The position numbers and the translations under genes are program-made. The notes under the pieces were generated by a model. The model had not been told where the DNA came from. It ran no database searches and saw only the letters and a program-made list of their open reading frames with translations. From a virus (lineage: Duplodnaviria > Caudoviricetes), in IMG/VR virus record IMGVR_UViG_3300042922_001473: a DNA stretch of 64,000 bases; one strand, written 5' to 3'. Below are positions 9,301-18,397 of the stretch, piece by piece. Within the stretch, counting starts at the first letter, position 1. Every line of letters starts with the position of its first letter.

Positions 9301-9749
9301 TTGGGGTAATGGCTTCAAATCAAGTTGTTACTCTAAAGGGCGATGAAAAACAAATAAGAAAGAGATTTGATAAGAAGAAATTATCAGATAAAGGCAAGAA
9401 AAGATATGACAAGTCAATAGAGTTATTTACCGAACTATATGGAGCAAGACTTGCAAAAAAGATTGAACTTGTTGAAACCTTTAATGATGGTGTAGAAACC
9501 GATTCTACATGGGGCTTATATAATTCAACAACGGACACAATTTATGTATTAGCTGAGATTGTAGATAAAACAGATAAGTATGATTTTGATGAATATATGG
9601 GAGTTCTTATCCATGAACAAATTCACAGAAAATCAGGTGCTCATGATAGAACAAGAGAATTTGAATTTGCTTTATCAATGGAACTTGGAAGAATTGCTTC
9701 TTTATACTTTAAGTCTGTTTCAAAATCAAATAAATCTCTAATAGCTTAA
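6384..9749 (+). CDS. 1121-aa protein: three tandem GHKL (HATPase_c) modules plus C-terminal HExxH zincin-like motif
   Basis: Three repeats of E...N..D / D.G.G / G..(G/C)EG.K: REIIANAID..DKGAG..GQFGEGTK; KEFLANSLD..DNGVG..GKWGEGMK; KELISNCLD..DKGEG..GQFCEGLK; tail LIHEQIHRKSGAHD. Confidence 0.85.
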   Translation: MAKQNVAYKMVESEVFKGADEIKNSIKQGLKLINSKRTIKNEEELPYPMDTSYGEKDWNITSALREIIANAIDTGSEYKIDYVSGFAVIRDKGAGLTKQSFIFGKSTKRESDSKVGQFGEGTKMSFLTLLRLERIVWVNTVGFTTLVDKVPSEKYGAELMKLRFLPNDRKEGTDIFIECSEQELEEAKRLFLELSPLEKIDNNIFKPANSIFIVGLKTTTLTNTLFSYNIEDKTMTNRDRNIVDVVKLQSSVMNILKKAKNQAFIKEYLTAFKDNSNAFEYQLPFIPDESKKDTWVKVLKKVLPKAVLSSDMQSDLYASMMGYTVLRNVPSNLHRVFKYLGVSESSVYARNYNGEGLKIDKKIIFPISEGYVGQWTRKDAIKEFLANSLDAGDKISVTCSDGKVRISDNGVGIAKKHFVFGVSEKNDTAIGKWGEGMKIACLVLARTQSPVKIETVGYTYEAKLEKNDDFGMKLLVVYYTKNLRTKGTSIVFNATEKEIEEAKGMFIQFKGVRNKKISTDIMDVYFENPGVVYSNGLETTKINALFSYNIKNKEIVSSRDRNAVDTYKLQEYIEKFLSASTDETIIDKFLSGWQNDRGLIEYRAQFQPKSEEVWIKIAKKTFNKACFAIDGYDNEDFIAKQAGYTILREVPYSVRRVLERAGIKRADIIAKKYKNKGILLGDRIVYPITKEYVSNMSIDDAIKELISNCLDTESKTSISCGDGIISISDKGEGISKKNLLFSESNKTESQIGQFCEGLKFASLVLARNNREFKISTKGYDYVATIERDTQFKADVLVITLSANRKRVGTDITFKGTQQELNRAKNNFLAFNESFKRVDCGIYSPGGNIFVNGVFIQKINSIYSYDIIGAKDIVSRERKTIDFEKAKISISSLVSISDNKKFIEHFITNKQYDKIEHQLSVNPLNKAVWKEVIGTVYAKHCFATGSDYDGVAMDKGYKLILQTSITMQALLSRFGVMASNQVVTLKGDEKQIRKRFDKKKLSDKGKKRYDKSIELFTELYGARLAKKIELVETFNDGVETDSTWGLYNSTTDTIYVLAEIVDKTDKYDFDEYMGVLIHEQIHRKSGAHDRTREFEFALSMELGRIASLYFKSVSKSNKSLIA

Positions 9750-9786
9750 ATACTTTGTAATTACAAAGATATAAGGTGGTAAAGAA

Positions 9787-9952
9787 ATGAAAAAAAAGTT
9801 TTACTTTCGCTTATAATCCAAAGATTGGGTGCGTTAGTCCAAGCGGAATGAAGAAAAAAACGATTAATGCAATTTCCAAAGCGGAAGCAGAGAAAATAAT
9901 AAAAGAATATTTAGTTAAGGTTAATGGGACTTTATGTTCTAAGTATTTTTAA
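9787..9952 (+). pseudogene. Small ORF broken by a frameshift in an A8 run (or sequencing error)
   Basis: AAGGTGG-ATG A8; removing one A gives MKKSFTFAYNPKIGCVSPSGMKKKTINAISKAEAEKIIKEYL... Confidence 0.4.
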
Positions 9953-10116
9953 GATTAAGAATAATAAAATGAATCCTTATATTTTTTTGAGGATTCATTT
10001 TTATTTTAAGAATCTATTGTTAAGAAATGCAAAATTTTTTGAATTCACAAAATTAAATTATAACGTATTTTAAAATGAATTGAGAGATTTTAAATTGAGT
10101 GTTTGTAAAATATTCA

Positions 10117-10145
10117 TTGACTATAGACAATAAGTGCTGTACAAT
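10117..10145 (+). promoter_or_regulatory. Sigma-A promoter with operator TTGACTATAGACAA
   Basis: TTGACT(10117)-17 bp-TACAAT(10140). Confidence 0.85.
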
Positions 10146-10181
10146 GAAATTATAAGAAATTAAAAAAGGAGACTAAGCAAA

Positions 10182-10787
10182 ATGTTTATAAAATACCAGC
10201 ACTTTATTACAGATACATTGAATAAAATTTTAAATCCAAGCTATAATTCATTTACTGATTATGTACAAGTAGTTTTAAATTCAATATTACTAATTATTTC
10301 ATTTATAGGAATTTTAGCAACTATAGCAGTCATTATTATAATCCCATATATTTTTTATTTAAAGTATATAAAAAAAATAAATGAAAATTTACAAAAAACA
10401 ATTGAAAATTTGCAAAGAATAAATAGAGAAACTGATAAGCTACATAGAATAGATAAAAAATTGAAAGAATTTGATAACAATACAAATAAAAATATAGATG
10501 AAAAGATAAAAAACGTAGATAGAGAGCTACTGAAAAATAAAATTAGAAATCGTTTAGAACAGTATAAAAAATTAATATCACGACAAGAAAAATTAAAAGC
10601 TAAAAAGATAAAATATATTCTTATATTAATTTTGATGATGATTATAGTTTATATTCCAATTATACTACCATTATTTATAATTATAATAGACTTTATAGGA
10701 TTAAATAATATTTTAGCTTTTTTCCTTCCAATATTTATAACAATATTAGTATTGTTACTTGAATATGTAGCTTGGAAAATTACTTAA
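10182..10787 (+). CDS. Membrane/coiled-coil protein, paralogue of 5033-5518
   Basis: Shared N- and C-terminal segments, longer charged middle. Confidence 0.8.
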   Translation: MFIKYQHFITDTLNKILNPSYNSFTDYVQVVLNSILLIISFIGILATIAVIIIIPYIFYLKYIKKINENLQKTIENLQRINRETDKLHRIDKKLKEFDNNTNKNIDEKIKNVDRELLKNKIRNRLEQYKKLISRQEKLKAKKIKYILILILMMIIVYIPIILPLFIIIIDFIGLNNILAFFLPIFITILVLLLEYVAWKIT

Positions 10788-11327
10788 TTTTGTGCTTTAA
10801 AAAGAACCATTTAGTGGTTCTTTTTAAGAATTTGTATCAAAAGCATCAAGTATAATCTTACCATAATATCCAGTTATTATTCATCTTTAATTTTATCCAA
10901 AGTTAAGTGCAAAATGAGTTCGTAAAATCAATTTTAAGCGTTTAAAATATTTTCTTTGACTAAATGGTTGGCAAAGAGGAATAATTAATTTAAAAGCTAA
11001 TTGGTGCTTTCAAGAAGCATTATAAGAATTATGTCGAAGTTTTGTTCGAACAGAGGTTAGCTGATAGTAAAAATGGTGTATAAAGTTACAGCAAAATATA
11101 GTTTATAAATAAACAACATTAAATATCATGGTCTAAGAATATTTTGTTGTAACTAAATTAAATTCTTGAAGTTCAAAATATCTCAAACAAATAAATAAAC
11201 TAAATAATTAATAAGATAAAATCTTATAATAAGGGACTAATAAAATATAATAATAAAAATGTATCCAAATGAATAAACATCAAAGTGTAAATTCACATTT
11301 TAATTCAAAAAAGGCTGTAAGTTGTGA

Positions 11328-11626
11328 ATTTAAGTAAAACTTGCAACAAGTAGGATTATGTAAAATATTGAAAATTCCTATATTTTCAACAATATATATA
11401 AATATGTTGTCAAAATAACTTTATTTTTAATAAAGCAAATGTTGCAACAAGTATGTAAATTAAAGTAAAACTTGCAACATCTATGTTAATTTAAGCAATT
11501 GTTGCAAAATTTCTATTTACAAAGAAAGCGACAAAATCAACATTAGTAAGTAAAAATAAAATGTTTCTATGTTTTAAAAACAGATTTTTTTAATAAAACT
11601 ACACATATTGCAAGTTTTACTTAAAT
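11328..11626. repeat. Degenerate ~19-bp repeats AWTWAAGYAAWWSTTGCAA (four direct, one inverted; three at 30-bp period)
   Basis: Copies at 11328, 11429, 11459 and 11489; inverted TTGCAAGTTTTACTTAAAT at 11608-11626; inside a ~1.4-kb ORF-free region. Confidence 0.8.
11339..11366 (+). other. dif-like 28-bp site (11-6-11)
   Basis: ACTTGCAACAA-GTAGGA-TTATGTAAAAT versus B. subtilis dif ACTTCCTAGAA-TATATA-TTATGTAAACT as recalled (8/11 and 10/11 arm identity). Confidence 0.45.
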
Positions 11627-12327
11627 CATTTTGTCAACATTACTTTAATCGACACATAAGTATTGGTATTACAAGAGCGTAGCCCCTTCCGAAAATCGTA
11701 AGATAATGTCACAAAATTAACATTTTGCGACAAACATAAATTCGGTTTTTATAATTTTCTTTCATCCCCTACTGTCGGACATGATTATTGTCGTCAATAA
11801 TTTCTTAAAGCTCATTTATTATTGTTTTTATGTAACCTGTAAAAAAATGTAATCATAAATGCCAAAAACAATCATACACCAATTATTATTCCATTATATT
11901 CTTTAGATTTTTCCAAAAAAATCTTTCATTATTTTCCCCCCTTACTTATACTATTTATAGTTTTTTTTATGTCATTAATACTTTTTTAATATTTACATTC
12001 TAACATTCAATCAAATAAACCTAAAAAAACATTAACATGTATTTATTATCCAATTATTTAATCTCTATAAACATTATCTGGTTTTATTAGTTGTCTATAG
12101 TCACCAATGCCCTATATTTATATCCTCATGCCACTAAAATAGATTGTAATTAAATAAACACTATATCTTAACTATTTCATCGAAGTGCAAAATAAAATGC
12201 TTTAAACCGCATTTTGTGACCTTGTTTTTTTGTTTATAAAATTTTGTTATTAAAATTCTCTTATTCGAATAGGATAGATAAGAAATATTACGAAGGTATC
12301 ATATTGATAATTAAAAAGGAGCTTATA

Positions 12328-12693
12328 ATGTTTGTTAGATATGAGTTATATTGTGAAAATGAAAAGCAAGATGTTGGATTGTTAATGGGAGTTAATGAGT
12401 TAGATTTAGATGATGAACAAAAGGAAATTCTATTAAACGATTTTAATGAAAATCTTATAGTTCCTGAATTTTATATGCATTCACGACCAAGAAAAAATGT
12501 ATTAGCATTTTTTACTAATGAGGGGCTTTCATTTTTTGAAGAATCTATTAATAAGATTATTGAAAAATTTGATAATCATGGATTATTTCAAATAGCAAAA
12601 ATAACAATTTCTGAACATAATCAAAAGATTATATATCAAGATAATTTTCAAGTACTTATTGAAAATGCAAAAGATATAAATATTACAATATAA
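12328..12693 (+). CDS. Hypothetical protein
   Basis: AAGGAG then ATG 12328; terminator at ~12697-12727. Confidence 0.75.
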   Translation: MFVRYELYCENEKQDVGLLMGVNELDLDDEQKEILLNDFNENLIVPEFYMHSRPRKNVLAFFTNEGLSFFEESINKIIEKFDNHGLFQIAKITISEHNQKIIYQDNFQVLIENAKDINITI

Positions 12694-12759
12694 ATAAAAA
12701 ACACATCTTTATTAAGATGTGTTTTTTGTATTATCTACATTCAATATTAAAGGATACCT

Positions 12760-13467
12760 TTATTTGTAAAAATGTTCGTGTAACCCACCAGCTATATCAC
12801 ATTCAGGATTATCTGTTGGTGTTAAAATAAATGATGGCAAGCCCCCTGCACAACCGTCAATTGCAGTAAGTATTGAAAACGCTACACCATTTAACCTTTC
12901 TTTTTGGTCTAAATTATCAATATTGTTCCAATAATTGACCATATTTTTTACATGGTCTAAAAAATCTTCTCTTAGTTCTTTTATGTTTTTTTGTTTTACT
13001 TCTTCCAAGGTTGCCTGATTTGACTTATAACTAAGAATACTATCCCGAACTGTTTGAGCAAATTCTTTAAAATCTTCATCAGTTATAGTTATTTTTACTA
13101 TTTCTTCTGTAGTTATTGAGTTTATATCAGCTTTCCCTGTAATTCTCCATGGATAAATTCTTCCAGGTGCTATTGCAAATTGAGCTTCTGAATATATTTC
13201 TTTATAAATTTCTTTACCGCTTATTTCTTTTTCTTGTTTAGCTAAATCTGCCATTTTGCCACTTAAAATATCTTCAGATAATTCTAAAAACTTATCCATA
13301 TCTATATAGACATTGATATTTTTTTTAATATTAGTTCCTGTTTGTGATTTTTTATATTCTATAAAATTGATTCGCACCTTTTCAATATTGAAAGCCGAAT
13401 TCAACACTTCCATAAATACATTTTTCCCATGAATTAAAATAATTTGATTAGGATTCTTACAAATCAT
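12760..13467 (-). CDS. Hypothetical protein, possibly a two-domain fusion
   Basis: AAGGAG RBS; 235 aa; distinct C-terminal LNGVAFSILTAIDG..LP..DIAGGLHE segment. Confidence 0.75.
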   Translation of the reverse strand: MICKNPNQIILIHGKNVFMEVLNSAFNIEKVRINFIEYKKSQTGTNIKKNINVYIDMDKFLELSEDILSGKMADLAKQEKEISGKEIYKEIYSEAQFAIAPGRIYPWRITGKADINSITTEEIVKITITDEDFKEFAQTVRDSILSYKSNQATLEEVKQKNIKELREDFLDHVKNMVNYWNNIDNLDQKERLNGVAFSILTAIDGCAGGLPSFILTPTDNPECDIAGGLHEHFYK

Positions 13468-13626
13468 ATTATATCTCCTTTTATATATACTTTTGTTCTA
13501 TATCTCTATTTAATATTCAGACTTCAATACTGTTTATAATTAAACAGTATTGAAGTCTCTATCGTTATAACAAGTATCAACACCTTTTAGCTAATAAGTA
13601 TATTTTACCATTAGATTCTTAAAAAA

Positions 13627-13911
13627 TCAAATACATCCATATGAAGCTTCCACTGATTTACGCAGTTTTATTTCTAAATCATATGGCAAATTAACATTTT
13701 TCGGACTTGGAACTGTTCCATTATCCTTTATTAACTTTGCTGTTTTGAAATCTTCCGAAATTTGATATACTGACGAATGATGACTGGTATTTCTAATCCC
13801 TTCTTTAGAATTTGTTACATATGGCAAACCATTGCTTGGTGAAACTGCATCAAATTTACGATTATCTGCAAAACCAATCTTATATAAACCACCATTAAAA
13901 TAATATTTCAT
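13627..13911 (-). CDS. Hypothetical protein
   Basis: ORF with GAAGGGAAG upstream. Confidence 0.65.
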   Translation of the reverse strand: MKYYFNGGLYKIGFADNRKFDAVSPSNGLPYVTNSKEGIRNTSHHSSVYQISEDFKTAKLIKDNGTVPSPKNVNLPYDLEIKLRKSVEASYGCI

Positions 13912-14125
13912 AACACTCTTCCCTTCAATATTTGATTTTAAAAATCACCTTAATTAATTTTTATATGTAATTATACTCTTTTAAAATCTAAAAAATTACG
14001 GGATTATTTTAGATTGATTATTTCTTTTACGTTGCATATAATTATTAATAATACAAAATATCAGGTATTTTATAAATTAAAAAATAAACTTAATCAGGTG
14101 CAAATTTTACAAAGGAGGACAACTA

Positions 14126-14776
14126 ATGATATTTTATCATGGTACAAACAGTATAGCTCTTAACCAAATATTGAAAGATGGATATATAAGACCTCTTTCT
14201 AAAACCAATCAACAAAACAAATGTTGTATTACTACTACCATGCAAGATGATGCAGTTTACTTAACATCGGAAAAAATGATTGCAGGATTTTATACGCCTA
14301 AAGGAAAAGTGAAAGTTGACAATACAGATGTTTATTCCTGTATATTGGAAATTGATTTACCATTTGAAAAATGTAATTTTAGACCTGATGAAGATTATAT
14401 GAATGATATAATTAGCTATAATAACTATGATATTTATGATAAGTATATAAAGAGACATGAATATGCTAATTATGTAGAACCATATATAAGCTTATTTAAA
14501 AATATAACTAAAAAAGACATTGACTTTAGATATTTGTTTTCAAAAAATAAGCATTTGGGTTTAAAAATGTTATCCGAATCAGATTCATCACTATCTTTGG
14601 AACTCGGTAGTGTAGCATACATAGGTGAAATAGATGTATGTAATATTAAATCAGTTACAATATCAGACATATTTGAAGCAACAATCTATAAGATAACTCA
14701 GGAAGAAATAAGTAATGCTATTAAAAAAGTTGATTTTATAGTTGATGATTTTATTGATGATATTCGTATTAATTAA
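14126..14776 (+). CDS. ADP-ribosyltransferase-like protein (H-type, YHGT)
   Basis: FYHGT....L..I.KDG.I.P / AVYLT....A..Y / ILEID; AGGAGG RBS. Confidence 0.6.
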   Translation: MIFYHGTNSIALNQILKDGYIRPLSKTNQQNKCCITTTMQDDAVYLTSEKMIAGFYTPKGKVKVDNTDVYSCILEIDLPFEKCNFRPDEDYMNDIISYNNYDIYDKYIKRHEYANYVEPYISLFKNITKKDIDFRYLFSKNKHLGLKMLSESDSSLSLELGSVAYIGEIDVCNIKSVTISDIFEATIYKITQEEISNAIKKVDFIVDDFIDDIRIN

Positions 14777-15157
14777 TAGTAAAAAAGCACTTATTATATT
14801 AGTGCTTTTTTATTGTGTTTTAATATAATGTGTCGATTTATTTCTAATATTTCATCATGTTAGCAAATGTGTCGAAATTATATTTTTAGTTCAATATGTT
14901 GCATCAATTTTTTGGAGTTAGTATAAATAGATGAACATTAAAATATCTTTCGTTTAAAAGCATTTAGAAGGCTCGATTTTCCAATAATCCATGAAGTTTC
15001 CTACTCACAACCCGTACCAAGGATTTTCCTGGTTAAAACCCGAACTAATAAACATTATTTACCAAACTTCTTAAAGTTTTAAAAAATTGATTTTAAAAAA
15101 CAGCATTGTAACAATGCTGTTTAGTATTTAAAATGTCTACTTTACAATTTTGATATT

Positions 15158-15394
15158 TTAGCAACTTAGAATTTCAAATATAGAGATACGTGAAACTCTA
15201 TTGCAGTATTCGGTTATACAATCATTTTCGGTATAGTTATCATTATTATTAAGCTTATCACACAATGTTTCTAATATTGACTTATTATTATCAGATATTA
15301 CTATATGTTTATCTTCTTGTCTAACTAAATGCCACTTATAAGATTTTCTTAAACAATATTTGTTATTTACTGTTTTCCTTTTTATATCATTCAT
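15158..15394 (-). CDS. Hypothetical protein
   Basis: AAGGA RBS, 78 aa. Confidence 0.55.
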   Translation of the reverse strand: MNDIKRKTVNNKYCLRKSYKWHLVRQEDKHIVISDNNKSILETLCDKLNNNDNYTENDCITEYCNRVSRISIFEILSC

Positions 15395-15452
15395 TTTCTT
15401 TTTCCTTTACTATAAAACTTTTCTTCAAGTTTAAAACAATCTGCACCCTTCT

Positions 15453-15881
15453 TTAAAAATTACGCCTATCCTCTTTTAATTCTTTGTATGCAGAATCAAG
15501 ACGATTCTCTTTGCAATATTTAGAGTAATTATTTATGACTTCTTCCAACATATTATCAAAACGGGCTTCGATTTTATCAAAGTCTTCTTCTGTAGTTATA
15601 TCCAATATATATACTGCTACAGTATTTCCGTTTAAAATTTTATTACCGTTTCTATCCTCAACATGTATACTAAAATAACCTTTATCATATTGAATCTTTT
15701 CTAAATTTCGATACCAATATAATAACTTGATAATAGGCACAAACGTATCTTTATTATTAAATGCAAGCGTTCCTCTACCTTGTGAGACATCAATGAAAAA
15801 CCCAAGTTCTTCAAGTTTTTTATCAAACTTATCCCATAATTTAAAGCCTAAATCTTCATACTTATCAATTTTCTTTTTCAT
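15453..15881 (-). CDS. Hypothetical protein, paralogue of 17533-17976
   Basis: Shares YEDLG.KLW.K.D.KLEE.GF and DRNGNK.LNG...A.Y.L....DKIEARFD.MLEE. Confidence 0.8.
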   Translation of the reverse strand: MKKKIDKYEDLGFKLWDKFDKKLEELGFFIDVSQGRGTLAFNNKDTFVPIIKLLYWYRNLEKIQYDKGYFSIHVEDRNGNKILNGNTVAVYILDITTEEDFDKIEARFDNMLEEVINNYSKYCKENRLDSAYKELKEDRRNF

Positions 15882-16125
15882 AAATGCTCCTCATAATTTT
15901 TATTAATATTACTTCCTCTTTTAAGAGTTAGTTAATATTCCTTTTTTGTTTTTTATATTATAGCAACAAGACCTTATTAATATTACAACATCATTTTTCC
16001 CAAAAAGCAACTTTTATATAATGAATGAATTAAAGGAGACTAAAGAAGTATAGTACATGTTAATTGTTAGGAAACAGATTAATTATGATAATATATTAAG
16101 TAAAAGAAAAGGAAGGTAAAAAAGA

Positions 16126-16567
16126 ATGATAACAGTAAAAATAATAGATAAAACAAATTTAAACAATCCAAGATGTGAAATAATAAGTTCTTCAGGTGTG
16201 GATTTGCAAGCAAATGTTGAGATGCCAGTAACATTGAAACCGAGAGGAAGAGCATTGATTTCAACAGGATTATTCATGGAAATACCAGTTGGTTATGAAG
16301 GAATGGTTATAGCAAGAAGTGGTCTTGCTATTAAAGTTCATGCAATAGACACTATAAACCCTGATTACAGAGCTGAAATTAAAGTAATGGTTATAAATAT
16401 TGGAGACAAAGATTTTACTATTAATAATGGTGATATTATTGCCCAGATGAAATTTTTACAATTACTAATGGAAATGAAATCGCCAAAAAGGTACTTTTTT
16501 TAAAGCAGTTAGGGTTTTAGAAAAAACTGAACGTGGCGAAGGTATATTTGGACATATTTGAGTGTAA
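16126..16567 (+). pseudogene. dut: Degenerate dUTPase duplicate
   Basis: Colinear with 16769-17203 including ~95 bp upstream; motif [12 protein letters not shown] changed to DTINPDYRA with a deletion before it; motif V remnant (ACTGAACGTGGCGAAGGT) lies after the stop at 16503. Confidence 0.8.
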
Positions 16568-16768
16568 GAAAAACAGCTAATATTCCTTAGTTGTTTTTTA
16601 TTATAGCTATCTCATATTAACATTCATTTTTCTGAAGAAAATATCTATAATATGATAGATAATATATAAAAAAGGAGACTAAAGAAGTATAGTTCATATT
16701 GGTTATTGGAAACACGTATTAAATATGATAATATATTCTAAGTCAAAAGAAAAGGAAGGTAAAGAAGT

Positions 16769-17203
16769 ATGATAAATGTAAAAATAATAAATAAAACAAA
16801 TTTTAAAAACCCAGGATATGAAACAGTAGGTTCTGCAGGTGTAGATTTACAGGCAAATATTGACACACCAATTGTTTTAAAACCTCTTGAAAGAGCCTTA
16901 GTTCCAACTGGATTATTTATGGAAATCCCCGTTGGTTATGAAGGTCAGGTTAGAGCAAGAAGTGGTCTTGCTATTAAACATGGGATTAGCTTAGTTAATG
17001 GAATTGGCACAATCGACTCAGATTACAGAGGTGAAATTAAAGTAATTTTGATTAATCTTGGAAGTGAAGATTTTACTATTAAAAATGGAGAAAGAATTGC
17101 ACAAATGGTATTTATGCAATATGAGAGAGCAACTTTTGAAACAGTTCAACTTTTACAAGAAACTGAACGTGGCGAAGGTGGTTTCGGGCATACTGGAGTT
17201 TAA
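16769..17203 (+). CDS. dut: Trimeric dUTPase
   Basis: All five motifs: [36 protein letters not shown]. Confidence 0.97.
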   Translation: MINVKIINKTNFKNPGYETVGSAGVDLQANIDTPIVLKPLERALVPTGLFMEIPVGYEGQVRARSGLAIKHGISLVNGIGTIDSDYRGEIKVILINLGSEDFTIKNGERIAQMVFMQYERATFETVQLLQETERGEGGFGHTGV

Positions 17204-17249
17204 GAAATAATAAAAGAGCTAATTATTAGCTCTTTTTATATGTAAAATA

Positions 17250-17438
17250 TTAATTTAGCTGACCATTTTTATAATATTCAACTATGTTTTCAATGTCCGA
17301 CAACTCACACATTGGAGTATTATCAATACACTTCATTAGCATATTTTTAAATTCACTATCCGTAAGAGTAGTTCCTACTTCGTTTAACAAATTCGCAATA
17401 TTCTTTTTTACATCGTCTGCATTTATTGGTCTAATCAT
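17250..17438 (-). CDS. Small phage-type hypothetical protein
   Basis: GAGGTAG RBS; MIRPINADD...IDNTP pattern. Confidence 0.65.
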   Translation of the reverse strand: MIRPINADDVKKNIANLLNEVGTTLTDSEFKNMLMKCIDNTPMCELSDIENIVEYYKNGQLN

Positions 17439-17532
17439 TTTAGCTACCTCTCTAAATATTGATTCAATACTACAGCTAATCTAATATTTTTTTCTATAAA
17501 ACCAGCGATTATTAAATCATATATAATCATTT

Positions 17533-17976
17533 TTAAAATTCACGTCTATCTTGTAGTAATTTTTTATTAATAGAGTCAAGTTTATTATTTTCATTATATT
17601 TTAAATAATTTTTCAGTGCCTCTTCTAACATTTTATCAAATCGTGCTTCAATTTTATCAAGTTCTTTTTCATTGATAATATTTAATTTATATATGGCGAT
17701 AATTCTTCCATTTAATAGCTTATTACCATTTCTATCAAAAATATTTATGCTAAAATATTTTTTATTATCCTTTAATTTTTCCATATCCCAATACCAATAA
17801 TTTAATACAAAAATCGGTTTATATGTATCATGCTCGCTAAATGCAGTTGTTTTTCTTCCATGGTAGTCATCATTATTTAATAGTATACTAAATCCATGCT
17901 CTTCCAGTTTATTATCATGCTTTTCCCAAAGTTTTAATCCTAAATCTTCATATCTATCAAAATTTCTATTTTTTAT
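17533..17976 (-). CDS. Full-length paralogue of 15453-15881, probably starting at ATA
   Basis: Frame stays open 64 codons above the tracked ATG (IKNRNFDRYEDLGLKLWEKHDNKLEEHGF...); AGGGGGA lies 8 nt before ATA 17976. Confidence 0.7.
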   Translation of the reverse strand: MKNRNFDRYEDLGLKLWEKHDNKLEEHGFSILLNNDDYHGRKTTAFSEHDTYKPIFVLNYWYWDMEKLKDNKKYFSINIFDRNGNKLLNGRIIAIYKLNIINEKELDKIEARFDKMLEEALKNYLKYNENNKLDSINKKLLQDRREF

Positions 17977-18004
17977 AACTAATATCCCCCTTCTGTTTTT
18001 AAAT

Positions 18005-18124
18005 TTATAATAGTACAGAACCTACCAATGCGTATAAAAAGGAAAATATATATATGCCTAAAGCTAAAAATACTAATATTTCATTTATTATTCCTTTTTC
18101 TCTATATCTTACTTCTCTTCTCAT
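18005..18124 (-). CDS. 39-aa single-TM peptide (absent from track)
   Basis: GGTGAGAGG RBS; MRREVRYREKGIINEILVFLALGIYIFSFLYALVGSVLL*. Confidence 0.6.
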   Translation of the reverse strand: MRREVRYREKGIINEILVFLALGIYIFSFLYALVGSVLL

Positions 18125-18157
18125 ATTTATGCCTCTCACCTTATGAATTATATAATT

Positions 18158-18186
18158 ATTATACACCCAATATAGACAATAGTCAA
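18158..18186 (-). promoter_or_regulatory. Sigma-A promoter with operator TTGACTATTGTCTA
   Basis: TTGACT(18186)-17 bp-TATAAT(18163). Confidence 0.85.
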
Positions 18187-18397
18187 TAAATTATTTACAA
18201 GTATTATAGTACGCTTTTTATAATCTTATTAAGTTGTTTATATTGAAATTCAAGCTGTGCAAAAATGGTTAAAAGTATAAATAGTCAATATAAAAATAAC
18301 TTTCGTTAAAGTTCATTTTATAGGCTCACCATTTTAAATAAAAAACAAACAATCGTCTTTTTTATGATAATGTTCCGATTGTTTGTTTAAGAAGTTA

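Noticed and set aside
10890-12056. DnaA boxes in the non-coding region
   Set aside because: Only isolated mismatched TTATCCAA hits; no TTATCCACA cluster.
11032-14878. Spo0A-box-like TGTCGAA at ~11032 and ~14872
   Set aside because: A 7-mer of this composition is expected a few times by chance in 64 kb and has no supporting context.
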